A stretch of 64,000 nucleotides of DNA, taken from NCBI GenBank assembly GCA_951406725.2, contig OX597824.1, positions 56,482,001-56,546,000 on the forward strand, given 5' to 3'. The stretch comes from Octopus vulgaris (Eukaryota). Under the pieces are notes generated by a model that worked only from the letters and a program-made list of their open reading frames with translations, had not been told where the DNA came from and ran no database searches. Below, in pieces: positions 28,114-40,659 of the stretch; the first letter of the stretch is position 1, and each line of letters begins with the position of its first letter. A program made the position numbers and the translations under genes.

Positions 28114-29575
28114 TTAGTTAGTTAGTTAGTTAGTTAATTTGGCTCAAAAGCAAATAGCAAGGCCATGTAGGGGGACATGGAGTTAAGTACAGGGTGGTGT
28201 TCATGTAAAGAGTTCAGGCCACTTGAGGTCCAGGGAGGCTTTGAACAAAGCGTCGTCGGCATCTTCACCATCTCGTCTGGCAGCTTGTTCCACGGATCCG
28301 CAACCCGGACGGAGAAAGCTCCTCTCCTTCGATTGAGATGAAATCGTCGCAGGTAGAGCTTTTCGGAATGACCCCGCAGCCGACGCTCCGGAGCAGGAGT
28401 GAAGAACAGCTCTTTCGAGAGGTTACACTTCCCGCTTATGATGTTGTGGGCGAGAATGAGATCACCACGGCGGCGGCGTTTTTCAAGAGAATAAAGGTCG
28501 AGCGTCCTCAGCCTTTCTTCGTAGGACAAATTTTTGAGACCATGAACCATGCGGGTAGCCAGCCTCTGGACTCTTTCGAGATGCTGTATGTCTTTGAGGA
28601 GATAAGGAGAAGAGGCTTGAATCCCATACTCCAATATGGGTCTCACCAGCGTGACATAGAGTGGTAGGAATATGGCTGCTGTGAGCATTCCGAATGACCG
28701 TCGAATCAAAAACAGAATTCCGCGCGCTTTGTTGGCAGCATGGACGCACTGGGCCGAAGGCGAAAAGGAGGAATCCACCAAGATACCCAGGTCCTTTACC
28801 TGATCGGTCCTCTCCAGCAGCAGACGACCCGGCTCGAAATCAAGTTGAGTTGCAGGAGTAGAGCCGACAGGCAGATGACAGCACTTTGACACGTTCAGAC
28901 ACAGGTCCCAATCGTTAGACCACTTCCAAATTTGGTGGAGGCATCGACGAAGATCCTCTATACTACCGCGAGGAGCGACCAGTTTGATATCGTCGGCAAA
29001 TAGAAGGGTGTGTTGCGTGAGGTCGTCGGGCAAGTCATTTATGAAGACTAAGAACAACAAGGGCCCAAGCACTGAACCTTGAGGCACGCCACTGCTCGCA
29101 CTGGAGACGTCGGACCGCGAACCATTAACTTGAACTTGGAAGGAGCGATCTGAGAGGAAGGCACCAACCCATCGTACAATATCCGGATGGAAACTATATG
29201 CTTGAAGCTTGACAAGTAGTAGGCGGTGGTTTACCGAGTCAAAAGCTTTGGCAAAGTCCAATAAAACGATGTCAACAGCATCACTATCATCGAGGATGCG
29301 CGTCACCAATTCTTCCATTACTAGTAAGTTGGTGAAGCATGATCTCTTCGGCACGAAGCCATGTTGGGAATCAGTGATCGAGGCTGTGTTTAGGAGGTGG
29401 AGCATCATACTTTTCTTAAGGATGGTTTCGAACATCTTGCTGATTATTGATGTAAGGGAAACCGGTCAGTAGTTAAGCGGGTCTTCGCGGCACCCTTTCT
29501 TGAAAATTGGGCAGATTATCGCTGTTCTCCAGTCTGCAGGTATAACACCCGTCGCCAATGACATATTGAATAGTC
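28114..29575 (-). mobile_element. CR1-clade LINE, 5'-truncated, with a 433-aa RT ORF
   Basis: QHGFVPKRSC, DFAKAFDSV, GVPQGSVLGPLLF, FADD, LERVQRLAT, LEKRRRRGDLI, WNKLP; (TAAC)n 3' tail. Confidence 0.93.
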
Positions 29576-30281
29576 TTTACTCTGCTGATATTGTTTTGGT
29601 AAGGTACTGAACATTTGTAAAAAATATATTCTCTCCAAAGTCAAAAATACAGTAAATATTACTCATAGTAACCCACATACTCTTACTGGAAACTAGAAAA
29701 AGCAGACTTTCAGAAATAGCTGTTTGAATTTCCCTGTTTTTGTCAGGGTTTCCCCTGCTTTTTTTTTATGTATTACAAAGCAATGAAGAGAAGCTGTTTT
29801 AAAAGAAGTATTTTTAAAATCCATGTCTTTTAAATGTTGATATCTCTACTACCCCCCTCTCTCTCTTTCTCTCTCACACACATACACACACCACACACAC
29901 ATACACCACACACACGCACACACATACACCACACCACACATGCACACATATACACACACAAACACTCATCATGGCTTTGGAACAGTAATAACCACATAAA
30001 TGATTTTTTCTTTTTTGTAATTTTCTGTCATTTTATCCTCTTCTGTGTTCTGAAATGTAACTCATGTTAAAAGAAAAAAAATTTTACCCCATTCTTCCCC
30101 CTTCATTGTACTTTAAACAATGAAGGAAAAATCAAACACAGCAAGTGGATTTGTGAAAAACGAAGCTTGAATTTTGAAAAAGAAACATTTTCAGTCAATT
30201 ATTTATGTAACCCGGATATTATCTGCTCCATTCCTTAACTCAGTTTATTATTATTATTATTATTATTATATGTATATATAT

Positions 30282-31318
30282 CATCATCATCATTTAACAT
30301 CTGCTTTCCATGCTGGCATGGGTTGGATGGTTTGACTAAGGACTGGCAAGCCAGGGAGCTGTACCAGGTGCCAATCTGATCTGGCAAGGCTTCTACAGCT
30401 GGATGCCCTTCCTAACGCCAACCACTCTGAGGGTATAGTGGGTGCTTTTTATATGCCACTGGTACGGGAGCCAGTCAGGCGGCACTGGCAACAACCATGC
30501 TCGACGGTGCTTTTACGTGCCACCGGCACAGGACAATTAGCCGGCACTTGTATCAACCACAATTATATGGTGCTCTTTACATGCCTCCAGCACAGGAGCC
30601 AGTCCAGTGGGACTGGCATCAACCACGCTTGATCTGTAGAAAAGGCGTGAGTAGAAATTCCATGTGATGTACTTGGTGTAAGCTATGGACACATAAAAGG
30701 TGCAGCAATATCAAAGGAAGGTTAACTGGGAAGAGTTTTTGTATGTGGCAGATGCACAGGGGCAATAAACCCTAAAGATGTACAGAAAACAGATTCCATC
30801 ATATGCCAGGGGGGTCAAACTAGAAGTAGTTGATAACTTCTGCTACCTAGGCAATCAAGTCTGTAGTGGCGGGTGGATGCTCCGAGAGTGTAGCGGCTAG
30901 AATAAGAATAGCCTGGGCAAAGTTCAGGGAGCTCCTACCTCTACTGGCAACTAAGGGCCTCTCACTCAGGATGAAAGGTAGACTGTATGATGCATGTAGG
31001 CAAACTACCATGCAATAAGCAGTGAAATATGGACCATGACTGCTGGGGACTTGCATAGTCTTGAAAGAAATAAAGCTAGTATGATCTGCTGGATGTGTAA
31101 TGTCAGTGTGCATACATGAAAGAGTGTGAGTGCCCTGAGAGGACAGTTGGACATAAGAAGCATCAAATGTGGTGTCCAAGAGAGATGACTGCACTGGTAT
31201 GGTCACGTGTTACATATGGATGAGGACAGCTGTGTGAGGAAGTGCCACACCCTAACTGTGGAAGTAACCTGTGGAAGAGGTTGACCTAGGAAGACATGGG
31301 ATGAGGTGGTGAAGCATG
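30282..31318. mobile_element. RTE LINE copy with an inverted 5' segment
   Basis: 30282-30630 is the 3' UTR and tail on minus; 30633-31318 is the RT C-terminal region on plus, homologous to 17400-18085. Confidence 0.8.
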
Positions 31319-31323
31319 CCCAA

Positions 31324-31405
31324 GGGCATATGGCGTAGTGGTTAAGAGCATGGGCTACTAATCCCAAGATTCCGAGTTCGATTCCAGGCAGTGACCTGAA
31401 TAATG

Positions 31406-31457
<52 letters not shown>

Positions 31458-31532
31458 CAACAACATCGAAAAATATCTTAGGAATGAGAACCCAGGTTTG
31501 AAATTTCCCCAAGACACCTGATGAAGGCTGGA
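31324..31532 (+). mobile_element. tRNA-derived SINE with internal (AAT)n
   Basis: TGGCGTAGTGGTTAAG A-box and GAGTTCGATTCC B-box; the acceptor stem does not close. Confidence 0.75.
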
Positions 31533-31760
31533 GAACAGTCTCCAGTTCTTGTAGTGATGGTGACGGAGGATATTGACTCCTTACTTGTTTTTCTAAAATG
31601 CACCATAAATGTTCAATAATATTAAGACTGTGGTGGCCAGATAAGATGGTCAACTTCACTAGAATGTTCTTCATGCCATTCAGTAAAAACTTTAGCTGTG
31701 TGAATTGATGCATTACCATCCTGAAAGATTGCTTTTCCCTCCGGAAACAGTTCCATTGAT
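31530..31760 (-). mobile_element. Tc1-like transposase relic
   Basis: IFQDGNASIHTAK, WPPQS, LNIIEHLW. Confidence 0.75.
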
Positions 31761-32175
31761 TTATAATGGGCTTGTGTGAGAGGTTTATTGTCACAAATGT
31801 AAGAGGACTTGTGTGAGAGGTTTATTGTCATAAATGTAAGAGGTCTATTGCCTCCTTAATGTTTTACTATGTAAGAGGTTTGTTACCTCAATATGATAGT
31901 TATAAAGAACATTGTGCTCGGGTAAACAGCAATCGGCTGGCATTGCTGTTGCCCCCATTATTATCATATCATCTATCATTTCATCTCATTATGTCCTTGT
32001 CCAGCCCACAGCTTCCTTTCTTTGTAAGGCCCTTGTGGCCAATTTAATGAATAAAAGAAGCTTGCTTCCCAATCATGATTCTGGGTTCAGTTCCACTACA
32101 TGGTACCTTGGGCGTGTGTCTTCTACTGTTGCTCCAGGCCAACCAAAGCCTTGATGGAAATTGAAAGGAGCCCAT

Positions 32176-32229
<54 letters not shown>

Positions 32230-32604
32230 AATTGCGATAGGGGTTGCAAATTCAACCCTCCATGGGATAACATATATCCAATATACTGCTAGTGAAGTAC
32301 CCAACAAAGTTAATACATAAATGTTAAGAATTGCGATGCAAATGGGCAAAGGTAAAATTATTTTTACCATAAATTAATAATACAAAATAAGAAAATGGAG
32401 AAATACATCTAAATCATTTATCAACTACCAGATAATACCCAATCACATACTTTATTAAACCACTTCATAAGAACATTAAGGTTAAACATAAAGATATATA
32501 ACAAAACAGCGTACATGAATGAGTAATACAATACGATAAGTACAATCATTATAAGAGGATATAAAAAATAAATATAAATAGATATAAATATAAATATACA
32601 CTAT

Positions 32605-32731
32605 ATCTTACAGCTGTTTCGGCCATGCAGATAAGTATGTCTCATTTTACCTATATTAGCCATGTGTAGTATGTCAATATGAAGTTATAAATGAGACATT
32701 TACAAAAATATCCTAAGGCCTCTTCGGAGAT
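32605..32731 (-). ncRNA. Degenerate type I hammerhead motif
   Basis: ATCT-CCGAAGA-GGCC...GGCC-GAAA-CAGCTG-TA-AGAT; one deviation from the CUGANGA core. Confidence 0.5.
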
Positions 32732-34409
32732 TCTAAAGTATAAACCAAATTACATATATACTCATATAAGTGTGGGTACATACCCATAATAAATCATTTA
32801 CATATATATATGAGTGCATACACTCATACTCTTATACATACACATATACATATACATAATAATACAAATAATATAAATCAATAAATATATATATGTTCCA
32901 TATTCAATGTTTTTCAACTTAATATTAAGATATTACAACGTAGAGAACATAGACATATTCATACTTCAATGCAGATATATAGAGTCAGTATTACCTTATA
33001 TTAATTTACAAAAAGTCATTAATGTTAACATCAATACTGTTATCAATATCATTAATGCTACCAATATCATTGTTCTTATTTCTAATTACATGAATACTAA
33101 TAAAACAATACATATATCACATAATTAGCAATATAGTAGCAAAACTAGGGACCAACATAATACCACAGTATTATGCCAGGCATTAAATATTTGCACATAC
33201 ATACAAAAAAAGCAGTCAAGTCAATCGGTTTACATGGTGTTAATTTCCACAGATGCATGTGAATTAATAATTTCTATTGTGACACTAATATATTATTAAT
33301 TTCCGAAATAGTTATGAAACGAACGCCGGAATTTGATTGGCTTATACTTTTAAATTTAAATTACAATTGTTTTTTATGGTTGGTTAGTTGAGAAACATCC
33401 ACACGCGCACACTTGCAAACGTGCGCACATATGCACATACACAGCCAAATCACAACATAACATAAGAGAGATACTAGCCCACACTTACACACACATACAT
33501 GCTTACAAACAGATCCACTCACATATATTCATAAATTCGTATATGTAATCATACATACATTTATACCCAGATGAAGAATGTAAATTATCATAAGGTACAT
33601 AATTAAAATAACATCGTATTTTTCGTAAACAAATTATCCTACCACTAAAAAAATTTCTATATCTTTACATTTCCACTATGTTTCTATTCAAATATTTATT
33701 AAATTATAAAATACAAAATACATGTTTGCCCATCAAAGGACGTATAAATACATACACAATAAGTTAACAGAAAATACTATTAATTAAGATACAAGTAGAT
33801 TAATTGTAAATAGTCAAAATACGTTATTATTCTACGATATATAATCAAATAACACTGTACATTTCTTAAACATACCATCACATCACTGAAACTCCTATAT
33901 CGTTGTATTACCATTTTATTTCCATTCAACCTCTCACCAGCAAACCAATATAGGTACAGGAAAATTATATTAACATCTACACATACACACACACATACAC
34001 ACACATACGTACATTCGTGCATATTCACAAACATATGCACATTCACCTTTGTTGTGTATGCAAACATTCGCATACATATATATATATATATTTAAATATT
34101 AATGGACGTATAAATACATATACAATAAGTTAACAGGACTTATAATGTGTGGGTGTGTCTTTGTATCTGTGTTTGTCCCCCAGTACTACTTGACAACCAG
34201 CATTGGTGCGTTTACATCCTTGTAACTTAGAAGTTCGGCAAAAGAGACCACCAGTAACTGGAGTACTAGCGTTGATACATTCAACTTAAAAAATTCTTCA
34301 AAGCAGCATGTCTGCAGTTTAATGACTGAAACAAGTAAAAGATTATGTGGCCTATATTTCTTACCAAGTCGTTACAACCATATCTGATTTTCCAAGTGCT
34401 TTGATTCCA

Positions 34410-34447
<38 letters not shown>

Positions 34448-34448
<1 letters not shown>

Positions 34449-36315
34449 TTCAACAATTGAGGGTAAAATTAATTAATTATTAATCAATTTCACCAAGTAT
34501 TCAGTATGTAAAGGGACCATTTTAGGCGAATTCAAAATATTACATTATATATAAGGGCTTAGTAAAATAAATTACTTTGCCACATACTGAACTCATTAGA
34601 AATAGCAGCTAAAGAAATTTCTTCAGCTATTTCTAATACTTAAAGAAGATCTCTCTCAGATAGTGCTTGCCTAGACCAACTCACAAAGGTATGGGGGAAA
34701 AAACATTAAAAAATCAAGTGCAAAGGTTATTTGAGAACGTACGTTTCTAGATTAGTCAATTCGACATTTCTTTCTTCAGCTCAGAATTCCTTGAATCGGA
34801 TTTGGGAACACTGAAAGTCGGGAGCATACCCTTTCGGCTTCTTATCACTTCTAGAATTCTGCTCGAACTAAAAGTGCTACCAAATTCGAATATGCAAGCG
34901 AAGAATTTCTGCTCTCCCCTTTCCACCAGCGTGGGTTAAAATTGACAAACACCATGTATTAACGGTGAAAACCGCATCATTTAACAGAGAAAGATGAATT
35001 ATAATTTCAACAATTGAGGGTAAAATTAATTAATTATTAATCAATTTCACCAAGTATTCAGTATGTAAAGGGACCATTTTAGGCGAATTCAAAATATTAC
35101 ATTATATATAAGGGCTTAGTAAAATAAATTACTTTGCCACATACTGAACTCATTAGAAATAGCAGCTAAAGAAATTTCTTCAGCTATTTCTAATACTTAA
35201 AGAAGATCTCTCTCAGATAGTGCTTGCCTAGACCAACTCACAAAGGTATGGGGGAAAAAACATTAAAAAATCAAGTGCAAAGGTTATTTGAGAACGTACG
35301 TTTCTAGATTAGTCAATTCGACATTTCTTTCTTCAGCTCAGAATTCCTTGAATCGGATTTGGGAACACTGAAAGTCGGGAGCATACCCTTTCGGCTTCTT
35401 ATCACTTCTAGAATTCTGTTCGAACTAAAAGTGCTACCAAATTCGAATATGCAAGCGAAGAATTTCTGCTCTCCTTTCCACCAGCGTGGGTTAAAATTGA
35501 CAAACACCATGTATTAACGGTGAAAACCGCATCATTTAACAGAGAAAGATGAATTATAATTTCAACAATTGAGGGTAAAATTAATTAATTATTAATCAAT
35601 TTCACCAAGTATTCAGTATGTAAAGGGACCATTTTAGGCGAATTCAAAATATTACATTATATATAAGGGCTTAGTAAAATAAATTACTTTGCCACATACT
35701 GAACTCATTAGAAATATGTGGCAAAGTAATTTATTTTACTAAGCCCTTATATATAATGTAATATTTTGAATTCGCCTAAAATGGTCCCTTTACATACTGA
35801 ATACTTGGTGAAATTGATTAATAATTAATTAATTTTACCCTCAATTGTTGAAATTATAATTCATCTTTCTCTGTTAAATGATGCGGTTTTCACCGTTAAT
35901 ACATGGTGTTTGTCAATTTTAACCCACGCTGGTGGAAAGGAGAGAGCAGAAATTCTTCGCTTGCATATTCGAATTTGGTAGCACTTTTAGTTCGAGCAGA
36001 ATTCTAGAAGTGATAAGAAGCCGAAAGGGTATGCTCCCGACTTTCAGTGTTCCCAAATCCGATTCAAGGAATTCTGAGCTGAAGAAAGAAATGTCGAATT
36101 GACTAATCTAGAAACGTACGTTCTCAAATAACCTTTGCACTTGATTTTTTAATGTTTTTTCCCCCATACCTTTGTGAGTTGGTCTAGGCAAGCACTATCT
36201 GAGAGAGATCTTCTTTAAGTATTAGAAATAGCTGAAGAAATTTCTTTAGCTGCTATTTCTAATGAGTTCAGTATGTGGCAAAGTAATTTATTTTACTAAG
36301 CCCTTATATATAATG

Positions 36316-36319
<4 letters not shown>
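34448..36319. repeat. ~556-bp tandem repeat (2.3 units) followed by a ~600-bp inverted copy, within (TA)n
   Basis: Units start at 34448, 35005 and 35560; 35716-36319 is the reverse complement of ~35096-35697. Confidence 0.95.
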
Positions 36320-36346
<27 letters not shown>

Positions 36347-36729
36347 TTTACTTGATCGCTAACATTTATCAATGTTGTTTTGATAATGCCATTTTCTATC
36401 ATTAATAAAACTGTCAGCATTTTTGGTCACACATGCTAATATAAATATATCAATGCACATAAAGGAATTATCAAAACACGTAGAATATAGAATATATCAA
36501 TACACAAATCAGGACAATTACATGACATTGGCTTCTGTAGTGCATTATGAGTATAGATTCAGGAAGACTTAATTAAAGGTACATGCAAAAGCTATAAGAG
36601 AATACCTGTAAGATATGAAAAATTAAGAAAGCTATGGGGCTAGTGAGAAGAAGGAAAAGTAAGTAAAATTATTAGGAGGGTAGACAGCTATAAAATGGAA
36701 ATTATCGTTTATATCTTAAGAAAGTCTTG

Positions 36730-37110
36730 CATAATCAATGTTGACATTCCATAATTAGGTTACTATTCTGGTTTATACAATCTTTACATTGCATAATTGG
36801 TAAGATTTCCATGATAAAGAATGAACATCTGTTAGTATACCTGCTCACATGTTGTATGATAAACCACTTAATGTCATAATCAAATGCATCCTGCCTTAAA
36901 GTCTGAATGAGCTTGGACAAAGATGTGCAATTAGTCTTAGCTTCTAATCAAAAACTAAAGTAATGGTTATGCAATCTCACCTTGAAGTTCATGCTGCAGG
37001 CAATCAATAAATATATTGAGATACATTTGTAGTTACCTGTATACAATGTTTACAGCAAGGCATTTATAGTCCGAGGTGCTGGAGATTATGTATTTACAGT
37101 TACAAAATCA
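36730..37110 (-). mobile_element. Penelope-like GIY-YIG relic
   Basis: LSKLIQTL....YDIKWFI.....Y...C.....E...I......N......CQH. Confidence 0.6.
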
Positions 37111-37859
37111 TTCGTTATATGCATGTAGGGTGCAAAGGGGTGGGGCTGCCATTATCAGTATTATGATAGGCCGAGTTGCATGAGCCAACAGGGTTGTTAG
37201 GGTGAGTATTGTTACTATTGATATTGTAAACAGCACCACCCCTGTCACTTATGTTATAGTCCACTGGTATAGACATATCTCTAGGCCTGTTAGGTGGAAA
37301 GAGCTGTGTACCCAATGCAGTGTGGTCAAAGTAGGTGCCAGTTTCTCCCCCAGCCTGAAGAAAATCCACAGGGTCATTATGCATGGGTTTGGGGCTGGAG
37401 GGTATCACACAGATATTGTTGCTAGTACATTTTCCATTTATTCTGATATGGGACAAAGTGTATAACATATGCCAGTTAATAAACTTTGTTGATCAAGTAT
37501 CATCTGCTTTTTGTCATCTATACAAGCCATGTTCATGCTTGATGCTTACTAGTTTCCTGTACCAAGAAATTTTTGGATCACACTACTTTATCACTGTGTG
37601 TGTGTGTGCGTGTGTGCACATGTGTGTATGCATGCGTGTGTGTGTATGAATGTATATGTATAAATATATGTATACAGGGTGGACTAAGTCACTGAGGAGT
37701 TTTCATTTTTAATAACTCCCTTATTTTTACAAATAGGTATATAAAATTTTAATTCAATATAGAGGAGATAATGGAGATTAATTTGCTTTAGTCCTTTTTC
37801 ATCATACCTCTGCATTATGTATGAAAAATTACATCTTTTAACTGGAGTTCATTTTCAGC

Positions 37860-38963
37860 TTCACACATCCACGCCCTTTGGCTGCATGACTTCCTTAAAG
37901 ACAGCAGTCAGGTAGTTGCAGTCAACTGAGGAGACTGAAATCCTAAGTGGCATCCCCCAGGGAACTGTTCTGGGGCCATTACTGTTCATAATAGCCCTCT
38001 TAGACAAGCATAGTCACTTGGACAGCCACTGTCACTAGCTATGCCAATGATACAAGATTATCGCCGGCAATAAAAAATCAAGATGACATCACACACTTAC
38101 AGTAGGACCTGAATTTGATATGCAGTTTATTGCTGGAAAATTTCAAGCCCTGCACTATCAACTCACAAATGCACTACAGCCTGCATATACAGGATCCAAA
38201 GGCACTACAATCCCAGAGTCACCGGTAATGAAAGACTTGGGGATCAGTATGTGCAATGATGTATAATTTTATATGCACATTACCAAGATGGCAGCAAAGT
38301 GCAAATAACTGGCAGGATGGATACTGAGGTCCTTCAAGACAAGAGACTAAAAAAACTATGTTGACCCTGTGGAGATCCTTTGTTCTCAGCTGCCTGGACT
38401 ACTACTTCTGGTTATTGTCACCACATAGTGCCAAACTAACACCACTACACTAAAAAGATAGAAACAGTGCAGTGGATGAGCTACAGGGATAGGCTGAGAA
38501 TGAAGGTGTGAGAAATATGCAATAATCTACGTATGGAAAACTCTAGAAGGGCTCGTACCTAATTTCGGCATTGAGTATTATACAAATGCCAGAAATGGCT
38601 GCTGTTGTGTTGTACCAAAGGTACCATCCACTCCATCTAAATTCAGGACCAGGTACTGCAATAAACTAGAGTTCAAAGGCCCACAGCTCTTCAATGCGGT
38701 GCCATAAAAATTAAGAAATCTGCGTAAGGTGGAAGTAGAGGTCTTCAAAAAGGAACTAAACATCCTCCCCTCCACAATACCGGATGAACCAACAGCCCAA
38801 CATGAGGTGCAGGCAGGAGCAGTGGAATCAAACTCCCTTATACACCAACAGCTGGGACAAAGGCACATACAGGAGTGGTGATGTGAAACATCCCAGATTG
38901 AAGAAATCAGAAAGACCATGGTGGTGTTCCAGCATGACCACAGTTGCATGGCTGAAACAAGTA
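37860..38963 (+). mobile_element. Degenerate CR1-group LINE
   Basis: SGIPQGTVLGPLLFII, YANDT, KDLGI, GPQLFNA, IPDEP; its 3' end resembles the SINE tail. Confidence 0.75.
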
Positions 38964-38975
38964 TGATATATATAC

Positions 38976-39253
38976 GTGGACATGCCTACAAAGTGGACAT
39001 GCCTACAAAGTGGACATGCCTACAAAGTCAGAAAACAACACAGCTCCCATGACTTTCGGAAACATTTTTTCACGCTCAGAGTTGCTGAAGCATGGAATAA
39101 ACTGCCTGCGTCAGTTGTTGACTGCCATGACACTGCATCCTTTAAGGCCTTCATGCTTTCCGAAATCCGCCGAAACTACACCTGATTATATATACACTTT
39201 AGATGAGTTGTAGTGCACCTGAGCACTGTACACAATTATTATTATTATTATTA
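38976..39253 (+). mobile_element. CR1 3' fragment
   Basis: RKHFFTLRVAEAWNKLP; (ATT)n tail; GTGGACATGCCTACAAA repeated 3 times at the 5' junction. Confidence 0.75.
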
Positions 39254-39649
39254 TATATATTTAATCATCAAATTTGTAGGAGTGTTAGTGCATCAGATAA
39301 AATGTTTTGCAACATTTTTCCAACCCCTTATATTTTAAGTTCCCACTATTAAATGAATCATATCCAACACACAAACAGCATAAAATATACAGACACCAAC
39401 AAGCAAACATGCACACACACTTACATACATACAGTATATACATGTGTGTAGCAACAGGAAAGTAATCGAGCTGTAAAACAATACATCAGTAATGTATCTT
39501 CATTTTACCCATGATAATATAGAACAGAAGTAAAATGCACAGAAAGCTGTATCTACATATACATAAGGAAATATGAAAAGTCCTCATTAAAATAGATCAA
39601 ACTTGAATATAACCATGTTTTTGATATAACATGTTTCAATGAAAATCTG

Positions 39650-39925
39650 TATTCTAGCAACACCAGTACACATGTTTTACAGTGCAAATATGGTGAGAGA
39701 AAAGTTGGGCATAAAAAGAATCAGATGTAGTGTGCAAGAAAGAAGATTGCACATGTTCATATGATGCATATGGATGGGAGCAGCTGCATAAAGAAGTACC
39801 AACTGTTAAATGTGAATGGAACTTGGAAAATCCAGGCAAACATGGGATAAAGTAGTGAAGACCATCCTCCAGATGTTGTACCACATAGAGGTGATGACAA
39901 AGGACTGAGATAATTGACATTTCAC
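39650..39925 (+). mobile_element. Old RTE fragment
   Basis: Degenerate homology to 17350-17620. Confidence 0.5.
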
Positions 39926-40659
39926 TGAAATATGAGGTCTCTTATATTCACTTTCTTGAACTGCCATCTTTATCTCATCACTGCCATCTTTACCTCATCA
40001 CTGCCATCTTTATCTCTTTTTCCAGCTCACTCATACACACCCATATGTAATGCAAAGTATCCAGTATCTCCTCTATAGCAAGACACCTCTATCATATTTT
40101 ATCCTCTTAACATCTGACATAAAGCTACCTTCCTTTCTACTACACCCCCACTCACTCAAGGCAGCTTTTTTGTCTTGCGAGTTATTTGCCAGTTCCATGG
40201 AAAGAAACATCCTCTTCACTCTGTAAAGTGGTTGGTATTAAGAAATGCATGCAACCTTAGAAGCCAAGCCAAAGCAGTCACTGGAGCTAGGCACAGTCCT
40301 TCAGCTTGTCAGATCCTGTTGACCTGTGTAACTTGGAAGTTAAATGATGATGGTGATGGTGATGATGATGATGATGATGAAGCAGCAGCAACAGCATATA
40401 CATATATACGTATGTACATTAATACATACATACAATGCATAATAAGTGTAGGTATGACTGTGAGGGTAAGAAATTCACTTCACATGGTCTTGGGTTATCT
40501 CCCACTGCCTGGTTACTTGGTATAACCCCAAACCAACAAATACCTTGTGAATGAATTTGGAAAATCGAAACTTTATGTGTGTGTGTGTATGTGTATACAA
40601 GTATATATGTGTCTACATATTACTATTGCCAATAGTAACAAAGCTAAAGCACACAGAGT

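Noticed and set aside
31324-31397. tRNA gene
   Set aside because: A/B boxes are present but the acceptor stem does not pair; it is a SINE head.
35313-35510. 65-aa ORF in the tandem repeat
   Set aside because: The frame is not preserved between units (indels near CTCTCC) and there are no motifs.
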